Positions 31,651 through 44,560 of a DNA stretch of 64,000 nucleotides are shown here, one piece after another; the stretch's first letter is position 1, and each line of letters starts with the position of its first letter. The position numbers and the translations under genes are program-made. The stretch covers positions 164,455-228,454 of the forward strand of contig CAVPSB010000010.1 of assembly GCA_963708025.1 (NCBI GenBank), read 5' to 3'. The notes below the pieces were generated by a model that saw only the letters and a list, made by a program, of their open reading frames with translations, ran no database searches and was not told where the DNA came from. This stretch comes from an uncultured Candidatus Rokubacteria bacterium. GTDB taxonomy: Bacteria > Methylomirabilota > Methylomirabilia > Rokubacteriales > DASRDR01.

Positions 31651-32733
31651 ACCAGGACTCCCACGTCGCGGCGGCCACCGTAGACCGACACCCATCGGCC
31701 CAGCTCGGCCGAGCGATACAGCGCGTCCACGATCACGAGCGCCTTCCGCGCTTCCACGCCGTCCACCAGCGGGGGCCGACCCTCTCGGACGGCGGCGACG
31801 AAGTCCGTGATCTGCTCCGCGTAGGGCTCCACCGAGGGCGGGTCCGCCCGGCGCGCGACGACCAGCGCCGGACGACGCCGGCGGCGCCGTCGGTGCCCGG
31901 CTCCGCAGCCGGAACTCGAGATGCCCCCAGCTGCCGCTGACGGCCGCCGTCCCGCGATCCCCGAGGATGTCGACCGCCGGCGGCTGCTCCGGCGACCGCC
32001 GCCGTCGTGGCCTGCACCGTGGCCATCACGCCACCCTCGAACTCGAGCAGGCCGACCGCGACGTCCTCCACCTCGACATCGTGGACGGCGGTCCGTGGCG
32101 ACGCGCGCCAGCGCCCGCCGGGGCATGCCCAGCACCCACTGGAGCAGGTCGATCATGTGAATGGCCTGGATCATCAGGACGCCGCCCCCGGCCTCGGCCT
32201 TGCCGGCCGCGCCAGGGGGAGTCGCGGAAGTAGCGAGCCGGGCCGGTGCTCCTTCGCCGTCACCGAGGCGAGGAACACGCCGGCCGAGCGCGCCGCTTCG
32301 GCACGGCGTCGCGCAGCCGACGCGGCCGCCGGCGTGAACCGGTTCTGGAAGACGCCGGCCAGCGTGACGCCGCGGCGCGCGGCACACCTCGATCAGCTCG
32401 TCGGCCGCGGCCACCGTGTGCGCCAGCGCCTTCTCCACGAGGACGTGGCGCCCGGCGCTCGCCGCGGCCTGCACCATCGGCAGGTGCAGATGATGCGGCG
32501 TCAGCACCGCGACCGCGTCCACCGGCGCCCGAGCGGCGAGCGCCTCGCCGCTCTCGTACACTTCGGGGATCCCGTACCGGCTCGCCAGCGCCCTCGCCCG
32601 CGCCGCGTCGGCGTCGGCGATCGCGACGCACCTCGACGCCCGGGACCGAGCGCATCGCGGCGACGTGGATCTCCGCCGCCACGCCGGCGCCGATGAGGCC
32701 GAAGCGGAACGGCCCCGGCACGCGCTCAGCCAC
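31644..32733 (-). CDS. Gfo/Idh/MocA oxidoreductase, frameshifted
   Basis: FGLIGAG, TPHHLH, HVLVEK, GGGVLMIQAIH.ID. Confidence 0.85.
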
Positions 32734-34327
32734 GCGTGGCGCCGCCAGCGCTCCACCGCCGCGGAGCCCGAGGCGCCGCGGCTCGAAGATCGCCGGGTCC
32801 ATCGGCTTGAGGTCGGGCGAGATCGACGGGGCGAAACTCCATGCTCGGCCAGCACGTCCCGCTCCGAGGTCGCACCCGGGGGCGATCTCCAGGAGCTCGA
32901 CCCCACGCGCGCCCGAGCCCGAAGACCGCCCGCTCGGTGACGTAGCGCACGGGCTTGCCGGCCGCCGCCGCCCGCGCGCCGCTGAAGGTGACGTGCTCCA
33001 CCCGCTTCCTGAACTTCGTCACCCGCCCGCGGCTCGACGACCTGGAGGCGCGCCGTTCTCGATGCGGACGTCGCCGGCCTTGCCCGAACAGCCCGCAGAA
33101 GACGACCTGCTTCGCGTTCTGCGAGATGTCGATGAAGCCGCCGCATCCCGGCAGCCGCGAGCCGAACTTGCTGACGTTGACGTTCCCGGCCGCGTCGACC
33201 TCGGCGAACGACAGGAACGCGAGATCCAGCCCGCCGCCCTGGTAGAAGTTGAACTGGGAGATCTGGTCGACGATCGCCTCGACGTTCGTCTGGGCGGCCA
33301 GCGCGCGGCCGCGCATCGGGAGCCCGCCGATCGTGCCCTGCTCGATCGTGATCGTGATGATCGTCGAGCAGCCCCTCCTGGGCGGCGACCACCGGGACCC
33401 CGTCCGAGATCCCGAACCCGATGTTGATGACGGCGCCCGGGCGGAGCTCCATCGCCGCACGGCGCGCGACCAGCATGCGCTCGTCCAGCGTCACCGGCGG
33501 CGCCGACCCGCGGGGGGCTCTGATCTCCCCCGAGCACCGCCGGGTTGTAGCGCTCGACGCCGTGGATCTGCCAGGCCTCGGGATTCACGACGACTGCGTC
33601 GACCAGGATCCCGGGCACGCGCACGAGCTGGGGGTGCAGGCTCCCCGGCGGGCGACGCGCTTGACCTCGGCGATCACGAGCCCGCCGTTGGCCCGGGCGG
33701 CCTGGGCCAGGGCCAGCGGCTCCAGGATCGCCGGCTCGTGCTCCATGCTCATGTTCCCGAACTCGTCGGCCGTCGTGCCGCGGATGATCGCGACGTCGAT
33801 CGGCACCACCGGAACGAGAGCCAGTCGCCCCCGTCCAGCTCGCACCCGCTCGACCAGGGCACGGTCGTCACGTCGTTCAGCCGTCCCCCGCCCTGCCGCG
33901 GATCCACGAAGGTGTCGAGGCCGACGTGCGAGACGGACCCGCGGCTTCCGGCTGCGCGCCGGCCCAGACCATCTGGCAGACGACGCCCTGCGGGAAGCAG
34001 TAGGCCTCGATCCTGTTCGCGAGCGCGAGGGCCGCCATCCGGGGCGAGTCGCCCCAGCCGGGCGAGATGACGCGACGGACCAGCCCCTCGTGGGCGAAGT
34101 GGCTGGCCCCGGCGTCCCCGTCGTCGCCGAACCCGCACGGCTGGAGGAGCGTGATGCCGCGCGGACGCCCGGTCGCCAGGAACCGCCGCTCGATCGCCGA
34201 CGAGACCGCTTCGGACAGGAGGAGCCGCCCGGCGCCCTCCACCCCGACCGTGGCGCCGTCGCGGACAGCTCGCGCCGCCGCCTCGGCGTGACGACCTTGG
34301 ACCGGGTGGCCACGCGCCTTGCTGCAT
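32726..34327 (-). CDS. Acyl-CoA:acetate/3-ketoacid CoA-transferase (YdiF-like, fused alpha-beta) no. 1, frameshifted
   Basis: IEAYCFPQG, GLDTFVDPR.GG, RGTTADE.GN, NIGFG, catalytic TIEQG, GNVNVSKF, GGFIDISQ, YVTERAVF. Confidence 0.85.
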
Positions 34328-34340
34328 GGGCTCCGCCCCG

Positions 34341-34813
34341 TCACTCCGCGTAGGCCGACCTGGCCAGCCTTCCGGGTCTCGACCATCAGCCGATGCTCGC
34401 CCTCGTGGACCACCTCGCCGCGCTGGTTCACGAGCTGAAGGGCGAGGAAGAAGATGCCGCGCCCGGGGTCCTTCGTCGTGCGCTTGTCCCGGAGCCGGCA
34501 CCGGACGTGGATCGTGTCCCCCAGGAAGACCGGCTTCCGGAAGTCCCAGGTCCAGCCGAGCGAGGCGATCCCCGCGAACTGATCCGCCCCCCCGCGCAGC
34601 TTCAGGCCCTCGGTGATCGCGAGGCCCAGGAGACCGTGGGCGATGCGGCGACCGTAGGCCGTGCCCTTGGCGAACTCGCTCGCTGATGTGCACCTCGCTC
34701 CAGTCGTCGGACAGGCTGGCGAACGTGACCACGTCCGTCTCGGTGATCGTCCGCGTCCGCGAGCGGAACTCCTCGCCGATCTCGACGTCCTCGTAGTACC
34801 GGATCTCCCCCAT
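34341..34813 (-). CDS. MaoC-family (R)-hydratase/dehydratase, frameshifted
   Basis: YYEDVEIG, RTITETDV..FA.LS.D...H, RIAHG, F.KPVF.GDT, NQRGEVV. Confidence 0.85.
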
Positions 34814-34926
34814 GATGGGTCGTCCCTTCCGCGCCCCGCCGGCGCCCCTCGCACTCCGATCGGGACCTCCCGCCCACCCCCCTCCCCCAGCGGCTGGGGG
34901 AGGGGGGCGTCGGAGGACCCATTGCT

Positions 34927-35767
34927 TCACACGCTCTCAGCTTCGCTCTCGCTCGCTCCGCACGGTGGGCGCCTTGCCGTGAAGGACGCCCATCTCCTCG
35001 AAGATCCGGTAGATGCGCTCCACGTGGCCCCGAGAGCTCCGGCGCCTCGCCCAGGGCCAGCGGGCGCGGCCGCGGCAGGTCGATCGTCGATCTCGCGCAC
35101 GATCCGGCCGGGCGACGGCGACATCACCAGGACGCGGTCGGACAGCCCCACCGCCTCCTCGATGCTGTGGGTGATGAACAGCACCGTCTGCCGCTCGGAC
35201 AGCCACAGCCGCTCCAGGTCGAACCGGACCTGGAGCCGGGTCAGCGCATCGAGGGAGCCGAACGGCTCGTCCATCAGGAGCACGGACGGGCCGTGCACCA
35301 GCGCGCGCGCCAGCGAGACGCGCTGGCGCATGCCCCCCGACAGCTGCCGCGGGTACCGGGATCGGCGCCTGGGCGACGCCGAGCTGCTCCAGCAGCTCCT
35401 CGGCGCGCCGTCGCACCTCGCCGCATGTCGAGACGCCGGATCCGCCCCTGCAGGAGCACGTTGTCGAGGGCGCTGCGGAACTCGAGCAGGAGGTCGTCCT
35501 GGAAGACGATCGCCGACGTCGGTCAGCGGCGACGACGAGCGCCGCGCCCGCCACCCGGATCACGCCGCTGGTCGGCCCGAGCAGGCCGGCCGTCATGAGC
35601 ATCAGGGTGCTCTTGCCGCAGCCGCTCGGTCCGACCACGCTCACGAACTCGCCGGCGCCGGATGTGAGCGGAGAGCTCGGTCAGGGCCGGGAACGGCCGC
35701 TCCCCGTCGCTCGGAACACCTTGGTGACGCGATCGATGTCGATCGGCGCACCGCGCTGACCCGCCAT
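34927..35767 (-). CDS. NitT/TauT-type ABC transporter ATP-binding protein, frameshifted
   Basis: [37 protein letters not shown]. Confidence 0.87.
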
Positions 35768-35793
35768 TCGGACGCCGTCCGCGAGCTTGGCGC

Positions 35794-36852
35794 CTACCGG
35801 AGCGGACAGCTCGTCGGCAGCGCTGCCGGGCAGGAACTCGTACGTGTAGTACGCCGAGGCCGGCACCGTCGGTCGACAGGCCGAGCACCTGCTGGGCGAC
35901 GCTGACCGTCCGGGTCCAGGCCTCCGGCTCCGCCTTCCCGACGAACTTCGCGCCGTTCTTGCACATCAGCGCGATGGCCGCCTTCAGCTCGGCGAGGTTC
36001 CGGGGCGGGTCGGTGTCGGTCGGGAAACGTCTGCACCAGCGCCTTGATGGCGTCGTCCGGGCGCTTGATCGCCGCGTCCCAGCCCTCCAGGCTCGCCTGG
36101 ATGAACTTCTTGCACGACGTCGCCCGTGCTGGGCGAGGGACGGCGTTCGACGCGATGATCGAGGTGCTGACCGTCGCCACCCCGTGGTCGGCGAAGGGCA
36201 GACTGAGGATGTCCACGCCCCGCTGGCGGAAGATCATGTCGTAGTTGTCGAGGGACCCCAGCATCGCGTCCACCTGCTTCTGCAGCAGGCTCGCGATCAT
36301 GGCGTTCCCGGGCATGTTGACCAGGTTGACGTCGCTCTCCGACGAGCCCGTTGGCCTTGAACAGGATGGGGATCATCGCGGTCTGGGACTGGCCGGTCGG
36401 CACCGCCACCGACCGGCCCTTGAGCTCCGCGATCGACTTGATCCCCGACGCGGCTCAGCACCGTCACCGCGTTCGGGTTCGACTGGTAGATCGTGGACAC
36501 GACCTTCATCGGGGCGCCCTTGGCGATCAGCTGCATGACGGCCAGGGCGTCGGCGTAGGCGATGTCGGCCTTGCCGGACGCGACGAGCTGCGCCGTGACG
36601 CCGGAGCCCTGTCCCTTGACGATCGTGACGTCCAGGCCCGGCCTCTTGTAGATGCCCTCCTGCAGCGCCAGCGCGAAGCCGGCGTTGTAGCCGCCGGCCG
36701 TGAAGTTGAGCTGGAACGCGACAGGCATCAGGCCGCCTGCGCGGACGCCGGCGCGCCCACCGGAACGAGGAGCCAGCCGGCCGCGGCGAGCCGCCGCGAG
36801 CGCCGCCGCGCCCACCGCGAACCCGGGGTCGTCTCCAGCGTGAGCAAGCCAT
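35794..36852 (-). CDS. NMT1/THI5-like ABC substrate-binding protein, frameshifted
   Basis: FQLNF......GF.LA...G.Y...GLDV.I..G.GS, KFIQA...GW. Confidence 0.82.
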
Positions 36853-36883
36853 GTGTCGACCTCCTTGTCGATGGGGGTGAGCA

Positions 36884-37716
36884 CTACTCGCGCGTCCGTT
36901 GCCACGGCATGGCGAAGTACGCCACCGCCTCGATGAGGTAGTTCAGGCCGATGCCGATGATCGTGAGGATCAGCAGGATGGCGAAGATCAGCGGGCGTGT
37001 CCAGCGTCGCCGGTCGCGACCAGGAGCTGGTAGCCCGAGCCCCGAGTTCGAGCCGACGAACTCCGCGACGATGGCCGCGGTCGCCGCGATCGTCGCCGGC
37101 GTCTTGAGCCCCGAGAAGATCACGTGGAGCGCGCTCGGGAACCGCACGTGCCAGAACGTCTGCCAGGCCGACGCGCCCATGGACCGGGTCAGGTAGAGGA
37201 GCCGCGTGTCGAGCGCCTGGAACCCCGCGATGCTGGCCAGCAGGAGCGGGAAGAAGGTCAGGAGGACCGTCAGGAGCACCTTCGACTGGATCCCGAAGCC
37301 GAACCAGACCAGGAACAGCGGCGCGATCGCGATCTTCGGCACCAGCTGGATGAAGACCAGGACGGGGTACGCGATGCGCCGCGCGACGAGCGACAGCGCG
37401 ATCAGGAGCCCCAGCGGGATGCTCAGGACCACCGTGATGGCAAAGCCGATGACGATCTCGCGAAGCGTGATCACGGTGTTCTGCCACAACGCCTGCCGGG
37501 CCTGGAGCAGCCTCGGGATGACCGCCTGCGGGCGCCGGCACCAGGTAGTCCGGAATCCGGAAGATCGCGACCAGGGCGCCCCACAGGGCGATGAGGCACG
37601 ACGAAGGTCAGCACCGGGGCGCGAGGCCCAGGCGAGGCGGCGGAGCCGGGAGTCCCGCGGCCGGGGAGCTGGATCGTGACGTCGCCGCTCTCGAGACCCT
37701 GCACGACGGTCTCCAT
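36884..37716 (-). CDS. NitT/TauT-type ABC permease, frameshifted
   Basis: PKIAIAPLFLVWFGFG, FFP, RSMGAS.WQ.F..VRFP.A, AIVAEF. Confidence 0.85.
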
Positions 37717-37734
37717 CGCGACGGATCGGCCGAC

Positions 37735-39326
37735 TCACGTCCCGCGGGACGGTCGCGCGGCCAGCCGCTACCGCCCGCGTTCCGGGCGTCATTCGGCCCC
37801 GAACAGATCCGGCGCCATCGGCCGGAGGTCCGGGCTCACCCGGACCGGGAATTCGACGTGCGCGAGCACGTCCGTTCCGGACGTCGACGCCCGGGCGCCA
37901 CCTCGGTGAGCACCATGCCGTCCCGCTCCCGGCGGAAGACCGCGCGCTCGGTCACGTAGACCGCCTCCTGGCCCTTCTTGACGGCCGCTTCGCCGTTGAA
38001 CGTGATCAGCTCGACGTCCGCCACGAACCGGCGGATCTGTGCCTTCCCGCTCGATCCGGAGACCGGCCGCGACTCACGGACGTCCGGAGGCCCTTGGCCG
38101 TCAGCGTCCCGCAGAAGACGATCTTGCGGGCGGCGTGGACGATGTTGATGAAGCCGCCCGAGCCCGGCATCATGCCGCCGAACCGCGCGACGTTGACGTT
38201 GCCGAGCCGGTCCACCTCGCCGAACGACAGGCACGCCACGTCGATGCCGCCGCCGTCGTACCAGTCGAAGACCTGGAGCGAGTCGATGATCGCCGAGGGG
38301 CCCACGGCCACGCCGCCCACCCCGGGCAGCCCGCCCGATCGGCCCCTGCTCGATGGTGAAGGTGATCTGCTGGGCCACGCCGCGCTGCACCGCCACGTGC
38401 GGGACCACGTACATCGGGATGCCGGCCCCCAGGTTCACGACGTTGCCGGGCGCGGAACTCCCGAATCGCCCGGCGGGCGATGACGACCTTCTCGTCGAGT
38501 GGCAGCCGGGCCGGGCGGAGCGGCGCTCGGATCTCGCCGCTCATCGTCGGGTCGTGCTCGTCCTCGAACTCCTCGGGCGCCACGACGACGTAGTCCACCA
38601 GGGGCGCCGGGATGACCACCGCCCTCGGATGGAGCGACCCGGCGGCCGCGGTGCGCGTCACCTCGGCGATGACCGTGCCGCCCGAGTTCCGGGCGGCCAT
38701 CGCCATGTAGAACACGCCCAGCGTGAAGGGATCGCGCTCGAGCGACGATGTTCCCGTGCTCGTCCGCGGTCGTCCCCTTGACGATCGCCACGTCGATGGG
38801 CTGCCGCGGATAGAAGAGCGCCTCTTCGCCGCCCAGGGTCACGAGCTGGGCGAGCGGCGTCCGGGTCGCCGCGTTCATGCGGCCACCCTGCCGCCGGGGA
38901 TCGACGAACGTGTCGAGGCCGACCGGCGTCACGAGGCCGGGGCTCCCGGTGGCCGTCGCCCGGATCCACGCGAAGATCGTGCCCATGGGCAGGTTGTAGG
39001 CCTCGACGGCGTCCTGCGTGACCAGCTGGTTCAGCTCCTTGTCGGCGTCCCGGCTGAAGGAGCCGGCCACGACCCGCCGCATCAGACCCGGCCTGGCCAG
39101 GCGGTTCACCCCGGTGCCCCGGCCGCCGCTGCCGGCGCGGGCCCGCTCCGCCATGATCGGGTAGACCACCTGGAGCCGCCGGGGCCGGCCCTCGCTCGAG
39201 GAAGCGCGCCTCGAGCGCCGTCAGGACGGACTCGGCCACCAGGCGATAGGTGTTCCCGGACAGCACGACGGTGGCCTCGTCGCGGACCTGCGCCGCGGCC
39301 TCGGCGGCGCTCACGAAGACGGCCAT
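37735..39326 (-). CDS. Acyl-CoA:acetate/3-ketoacid CoA-transferase (YdiF-like) no. 2, frameshifted
   Basis: VEAYNLPMG, GLDTFVDPR.QGG, KGTTADE.GN, NLGAG.P, TIEQG, GNVNV, GGFINI, YVTERAVF. Confidence 0.85.
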
Positions 39327-39358
39327 GCCGGCTCCTCTACGCCTTCGAGTCTCGAGAT

Positions 39359-40105
<747 letters not shown>

Positions 40106-40143
40106 GGGTCGTCGGCTCCCTGGCGACCAGGCGCACCCGCGGG

Positions 40144-40943
40144 TCACCCCGCGATCGAGGCGCCCCCGTCGACGACGAGGTTCTGGCCCGTGATGAACTC
40201 CGACTCGGACGAGGCCAGGAAGACCGCGCACCCGGCCACGTCCTCCGGAGTCCCCAGGCGGTGATACGGGCGTCCGCCGGCGTACCTCCTCGAGCTTGCC
40301 GGCCGCGGCCAGCTCGCGCGTGGCGTCGGTCACGATGAACCCGGGGCAGATCGCGTTGACGGCGATCCCGTGCGGCCCGGCCTCGACCGCGAGCTGGCGC
40401 GTCAGGCTCGAGACCCCGCCCTTGGCCGCGCAGTACTCGGCCCGTCCGGGCGCCACCCCCTGGAGGGCCAGCCGCGACGAGATGTTGATGATCCGGCCGC
40501 CCTGGCCCTGCCGGATCAGCTGCCGCAGGGCGGCCTGGCATCCGAACCAGACCCCGGTCAGGTCGACCGCGATCACCTGCTGCCACTCCGCCTCCGTCTT
40601 CTCGACGGCCGGGCGTGAGCGACGGACAGGACGCCCGCGTTGTTGACCATGACGTGGAGCGCGCCGAACTCGGCCACGGCGCCGGCCACGAGCGCCTCCA
40701 CCTCCGCTCGCCGCGTCACGTCGGTCGCCACGAAGGCCGCCCGCCCGCCTGCGCTCCGGATGACCTCGGCGGTCGGCGGCGCCTCCGTCGGCCGGGCGCT
40801 CCCGGACGTCGCCGATGGTCACGGCCGCGCCCGCGCGGGCGAGGGCGAGCGCGATCGCCCGTCCCAGGCCGGAAGTCCCGCCGGTCACGACGGCGACTCG
40901 GCCGGCCAGCCGTCCGTTCGGCGATCCGTCGGACGATCGTCAT
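40144..40943 (-). CDS. SDR family oxidoreductase, frameshifted
   Basis: VTGGTSGLG, VNNAG, INISS, YCAAKGG, VNAICPG. Confidence 0.88.
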
Positions 40944-40948
40944 GCGCC

Positions 40949-41892
40949 CTACAGGAGCCCCGCGTGGACCAGGGCCCGCCGGACGCGGGCCCGCTCCTCG
41001 TCCGATGGCGGGAGGCAGAGGAGCCCGCACGACCGCGTTCTTCAGCATCCCCTGGAAGACCAGCGCCTCCTTCATCCGCACGCGGTAGTTCCGGAGGGGC
41101 GGCGCGTAGATCGCCTGGCACAGCGGGTCGAGCCGGTCCCGCAGCGCGGCCCCGGTGGCCAGGTCGCCGCGCCGCACGGCGTCGAGCATCGCGATCTGGG
41201 GGGCCGTCGCCGTCGCCCCCATGCCGAGGAGCGCCCCGTCCGCCCCGAGCAGATACGACTCGTAGATGAAGGTGTCGTTGCCGGTCAGGATCTTCAGCGG
41301 CCGGGGGAACGTCCGGTTCACCCGGACGATCTGGATGAAGCGGGTCGCGTCGAAGCTCGCCTCCTTCAGCCCGACCACGCCCTCGAGCGTCCGCGAGCTG
41401 GCGCAGCGTCTCCGCGGGTAGACGACGCCGCCGAACTGCGCCGGACGGTGGAACAGGATCACCGGCAGCCCGCTCGCCTGGATGATCGCGCGGTGGTACT
41501 CGACCGCGGTCCGGCGCGGGCAGCCCCTCGCCGCCGAAGGCCCGCGGCGGGAACACCAGCAGCCCCGCCGCCCCCGCCCGGCCGCCGCCCGCGCCTGGGC
41601 CACCGCCTCCGCCGTGGACTCGCTGATGATCGCCGGCGACGACCGGCAGCCGGCTCCCGACGGCCCCCACGACCCGCTCGAGCACCTGGGCGCGCTCCTC
41701 GGAGTAGAGGAGCTCGCCTTCGCCCGCGCTGGAGTTCACGACGATCGCCTTCGGGCCGTCGTCGGCGATCCAGCGGACGTACCGCTCCATCGTGTCCAGG
41801 TCGATCGCCCCGTCGTCCCGCATCGGCAGCACCGGCGCGGCGATGTACCCCTCGACGTCGAGCGCGCGCACCGTCCCCATGGCGCCGGTCAT
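40949..41892 (-). CDS. DHDPS/NAL-family aldolase/dehydratase, frameshifted
   Basis: P...DG.ID, NSSAGE...L..EER, Schiff-base GLKEAS, LTGND, GADG. Confidence 0.82.
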
Positions 41893-41896
41893 CCTT

Positions 41897-42725
41897 TCAC
41901 GGCGCCGGCGGCCAGGCCGGTCGCCAGGTAGCGCTGCACGGCCACGCCGAGGATCGCGGTCGGGAGCAGCACCAGCATGCCCGCCGCCGCGACGCGGTCC
42001 CAGTACACCGCGCGCTCCGTGATGAAGCCCGGAGATCATGACCGGCAGCGTGCGCGCGCCGCGGCCCGTCAGGATCACCGCGTAGATGAAGTCGTTCCAC
42101 GAGTAGAGGAACGTGAGGACCGCCGTGGCCGCGATGCCCGGCGCCATGATGGGGATCACGACGCGCCACAGCGGCTTCGAGCCGCCCGCAGCCGTCCACC
42201 TGGGCGGCCTCCTCCAGCTCCACGGGCACCCGCAGCACGAATCCCCGCAGCAGCCACACGGACAGCGGAAGCGTCAGCGAGATGTGGGTCACGATGAGGC
42301 CGAGCCGGGTGTCGAGGAGGCCCAGCCGGAGATAGATCACGAAGAGCGGGATGATCATGGCGATCGGCGGCATGACGTGCACGCAGAGGACCGCCAGGGA
42401 CAGCGTCTCCCGCCCGTGATACCGGAACCGCACGAAGCTGTACGCGGCCGGCAGGCCCAGCGCGATGGCCCCGGCGCTGCTGCACACGGCCACCACGAGG
42501 CTGTTCCGCGAGATACCGGACGAACGGATGGAGCGTCAGCACCTCGCGGTAGCCGGACAGGGAGGGCGTGAACAGCCACGCCGGCGGGAGCTCGATCAGC
42601 AGCGTCTCCGGCAGGATCGAGAGCCGGGCCAGCCACAGGATCGGGAAGGCCACGTAGCCGACGAGCAGGACGCTCCCGGCCGCCACGGCCACCCGGCGGA
42701 GCCTGCGCCACCCACGCCCCGCCAT
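41897..42725 (-). CDS. Carbohydrate ABC permease (MalG-like), frameshifted
   Basis: P.ELEEAAQVDG, APGIAA....F..SWNDF. Confidence 0.87.
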
Positions 42726-42728
42726 CCC

Positions 42729-43715
42729 TTATTCCCCTCGCACGCCGCTCGAGGCGCGATAGTAGACGAGGGCGACCGCGGTCATGAACAGCACCATGCC
42801 GACGGCCACGGTGGCGGAGTAGCCGAGCTGCCCGTAGCTGAAGGCCAGCTTGTTCACGAGGATGCTGAGCGTCTCGGTGGATTCGGCGGGGCCGCCGCCG
42901 GTCATGACGAACACGATGTCGAAGACCCGGAACGTCGCCACGAACCGCCAGAAGACCGCGACGAACACTACCGGCGCCAGCAGCGGGAGGGTGACGTGGA
43001 GGAAGCGGCGCGCGGCCCCGGCGCCGTCGACCCGCGCCGCCTCGTAGTACTCCTCGGGGATCGACTGCAAGCCGGCCAGGAGCAGGAGCGTCACGAACGG
43101 CGTCTGGTTCCACACGTCGGTGGCGATGACGGCGATGGTGGCCCAGGGGGTGGCGGCCAGCCAGACCACCGGATCGACGCCGACCCGGTCCAGCGCGTAG
43201 TTGACGATGCCGTAGGAGTAGTTGAACAGGATCCGGAAGGTGATCCCGAGGACCACCGGGGTGAGCATCAGCGGGAACAGCGCGACCGCCCGCAGGAAGC
43301 GCCGCCCCGGCAGCCGCTGGTTCAGGAACAGGGCGACGCCCAGGCCCAGGGCCAGCTCGACCGCCACTGCCCCAACCACGAAGACGCCGGTGCGGGTCAG
43401 TGCGTTCCACACCAGCGGATCCCGCGCCACCGCCAGGTAGTTCGCGACGCCGGCGAACCGGCCCCCCGTCGCGAACTCGAACAGCTGCATGTGACGGGTG
43501 CTCAGGTAGAGGGAGTAGAGCACGGGATACAGGAACACCGACACCAGGAAGAGGCAGGTGGGGGTGACGAGCAGATACGGGTAGAGGCGGGCCAGGCGTC
43601 GCCGCCGGGCGCGCGCCGGCGCCGTCGCCAGCCCTGGCCCGATCCCCGCCGACGCCCCGGACCCCGCGCCACCGCTGGCGGGGACGTCTCGCTCTAGCAC
43701 CCCGGCAGGACCCAT
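42729..43715 (-). CDS. Carbohydrate ABC permease (MalF-like)
   Basis: DVW..TPF..LLLLAGLQSIP..YYEAARVDGA, TGGGP..STE. Confidence 0.92.
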   Translation of the reverse strand: MGPAGVLERDVPASGGAGSGASAGIGPGLATAPARARRRRLARLYPYLLVTPTCLFLVSVFLYPVLYSLYLSTRHMQLFEFATGGRFAGVANYLAVARDPLVWNALTRTGVFVVGAVAVELALGLGVALFLNQRLPGRRFLRAVALFPLMLTPVVLGITFRILFNYSYGIVNYALDRVGVDPVVWLAATPWATIAVIATDVWNQTPFVTLLLLAGLQSIPEEYYEAARVDGAGAARRFLHVTLPLLAPVVFVAVFWRFVATFRVFDIVFVMTGGGPAESTETLSILVNKLAFSYGQLGYSATVAVGMVLFMTAVALVYYRASSGVRGE

Positions 43716-43722
43716 GGCCGGC

Positions 43723-44507
43723 TCACATGTTGATGGACATGCCCCCGTTCACGTTCAGCGTCACGCCGGTGATCTCGCGCGCGTCGTCGGACGCCAGGAA
43801 CGTGATGGCCGCCGCGATGTCCTCCGGCTGCTGAAGCCGCTTGAACGGTGCGCCCTGGATCTGCTGGTCGATGCGCTGCTCCTTGCTGATCCCGAAGTGC
43901 TTCACGTACCCGCGCCCGATGTCCTCCGCCATGAGGGTGGACACGAAGCCGGGACAGACCGCGTTGACGTTGATGTTGTACGGAGCCAGCGCGATCGCCG
44001 CCGACTGGGTCAGGCTGATGACGCCCATCTTGGCCGCCCCGTAGGTCATGCAGTTCGGGACCGGCACCCGGGCGGCGGTCGAGGACAGGTTGACGATCTT
44101 GCCGCGGCGGCGCGGCATCATCACCCGGGCGGCCGCCTGCATGCCGAAGAACACCGCCTTCAGGTTGATCGCGAGGATGCGATCGTAGTCCGCCTCGGTG
44201 ATCTCGACGAACGGCGCGATGTGCTGGACGCCGGCATTGTTGACGAGCACGTCGACCTGCCCGAAGCTCGGCCACCGCGCGCTCCACCATGACGCCGATC
44301 TGGGCGACCTGCGTGACGTCGACCGTCAGCTCGTCGACCCGCCGTCCGGTCTTGTGGCGGACCAGGGTGGCCGTCTCCGCCATCAGCGCCGGGTTGATGT
44401 CGGCCAGCGCGAGGTCGCTGCCCTCTTCCGCCAGGCGCAGGGCGGTGGCTCGGCCGATGCCCGCCGCCGGCGCCCGTGATCACCGACACCTTGCCCTCGA
44501 GACGCAT
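43723..44507 (-). CDS. SDR family oxidoreductase (polyol/sugar dehydrogenase-like), frameshifted
   Basis: KVSVITGAGG, LVNNAG, VNLSS, YGAAK, VNAVCPG, LNVNGG. Confidence 0.88.
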
Positions 44508-44560
44508 GCCCTCTCCTTCCGTCGGGGTGCCGGCTAAGAGCCCTGGCCGCCGCGCGGCGC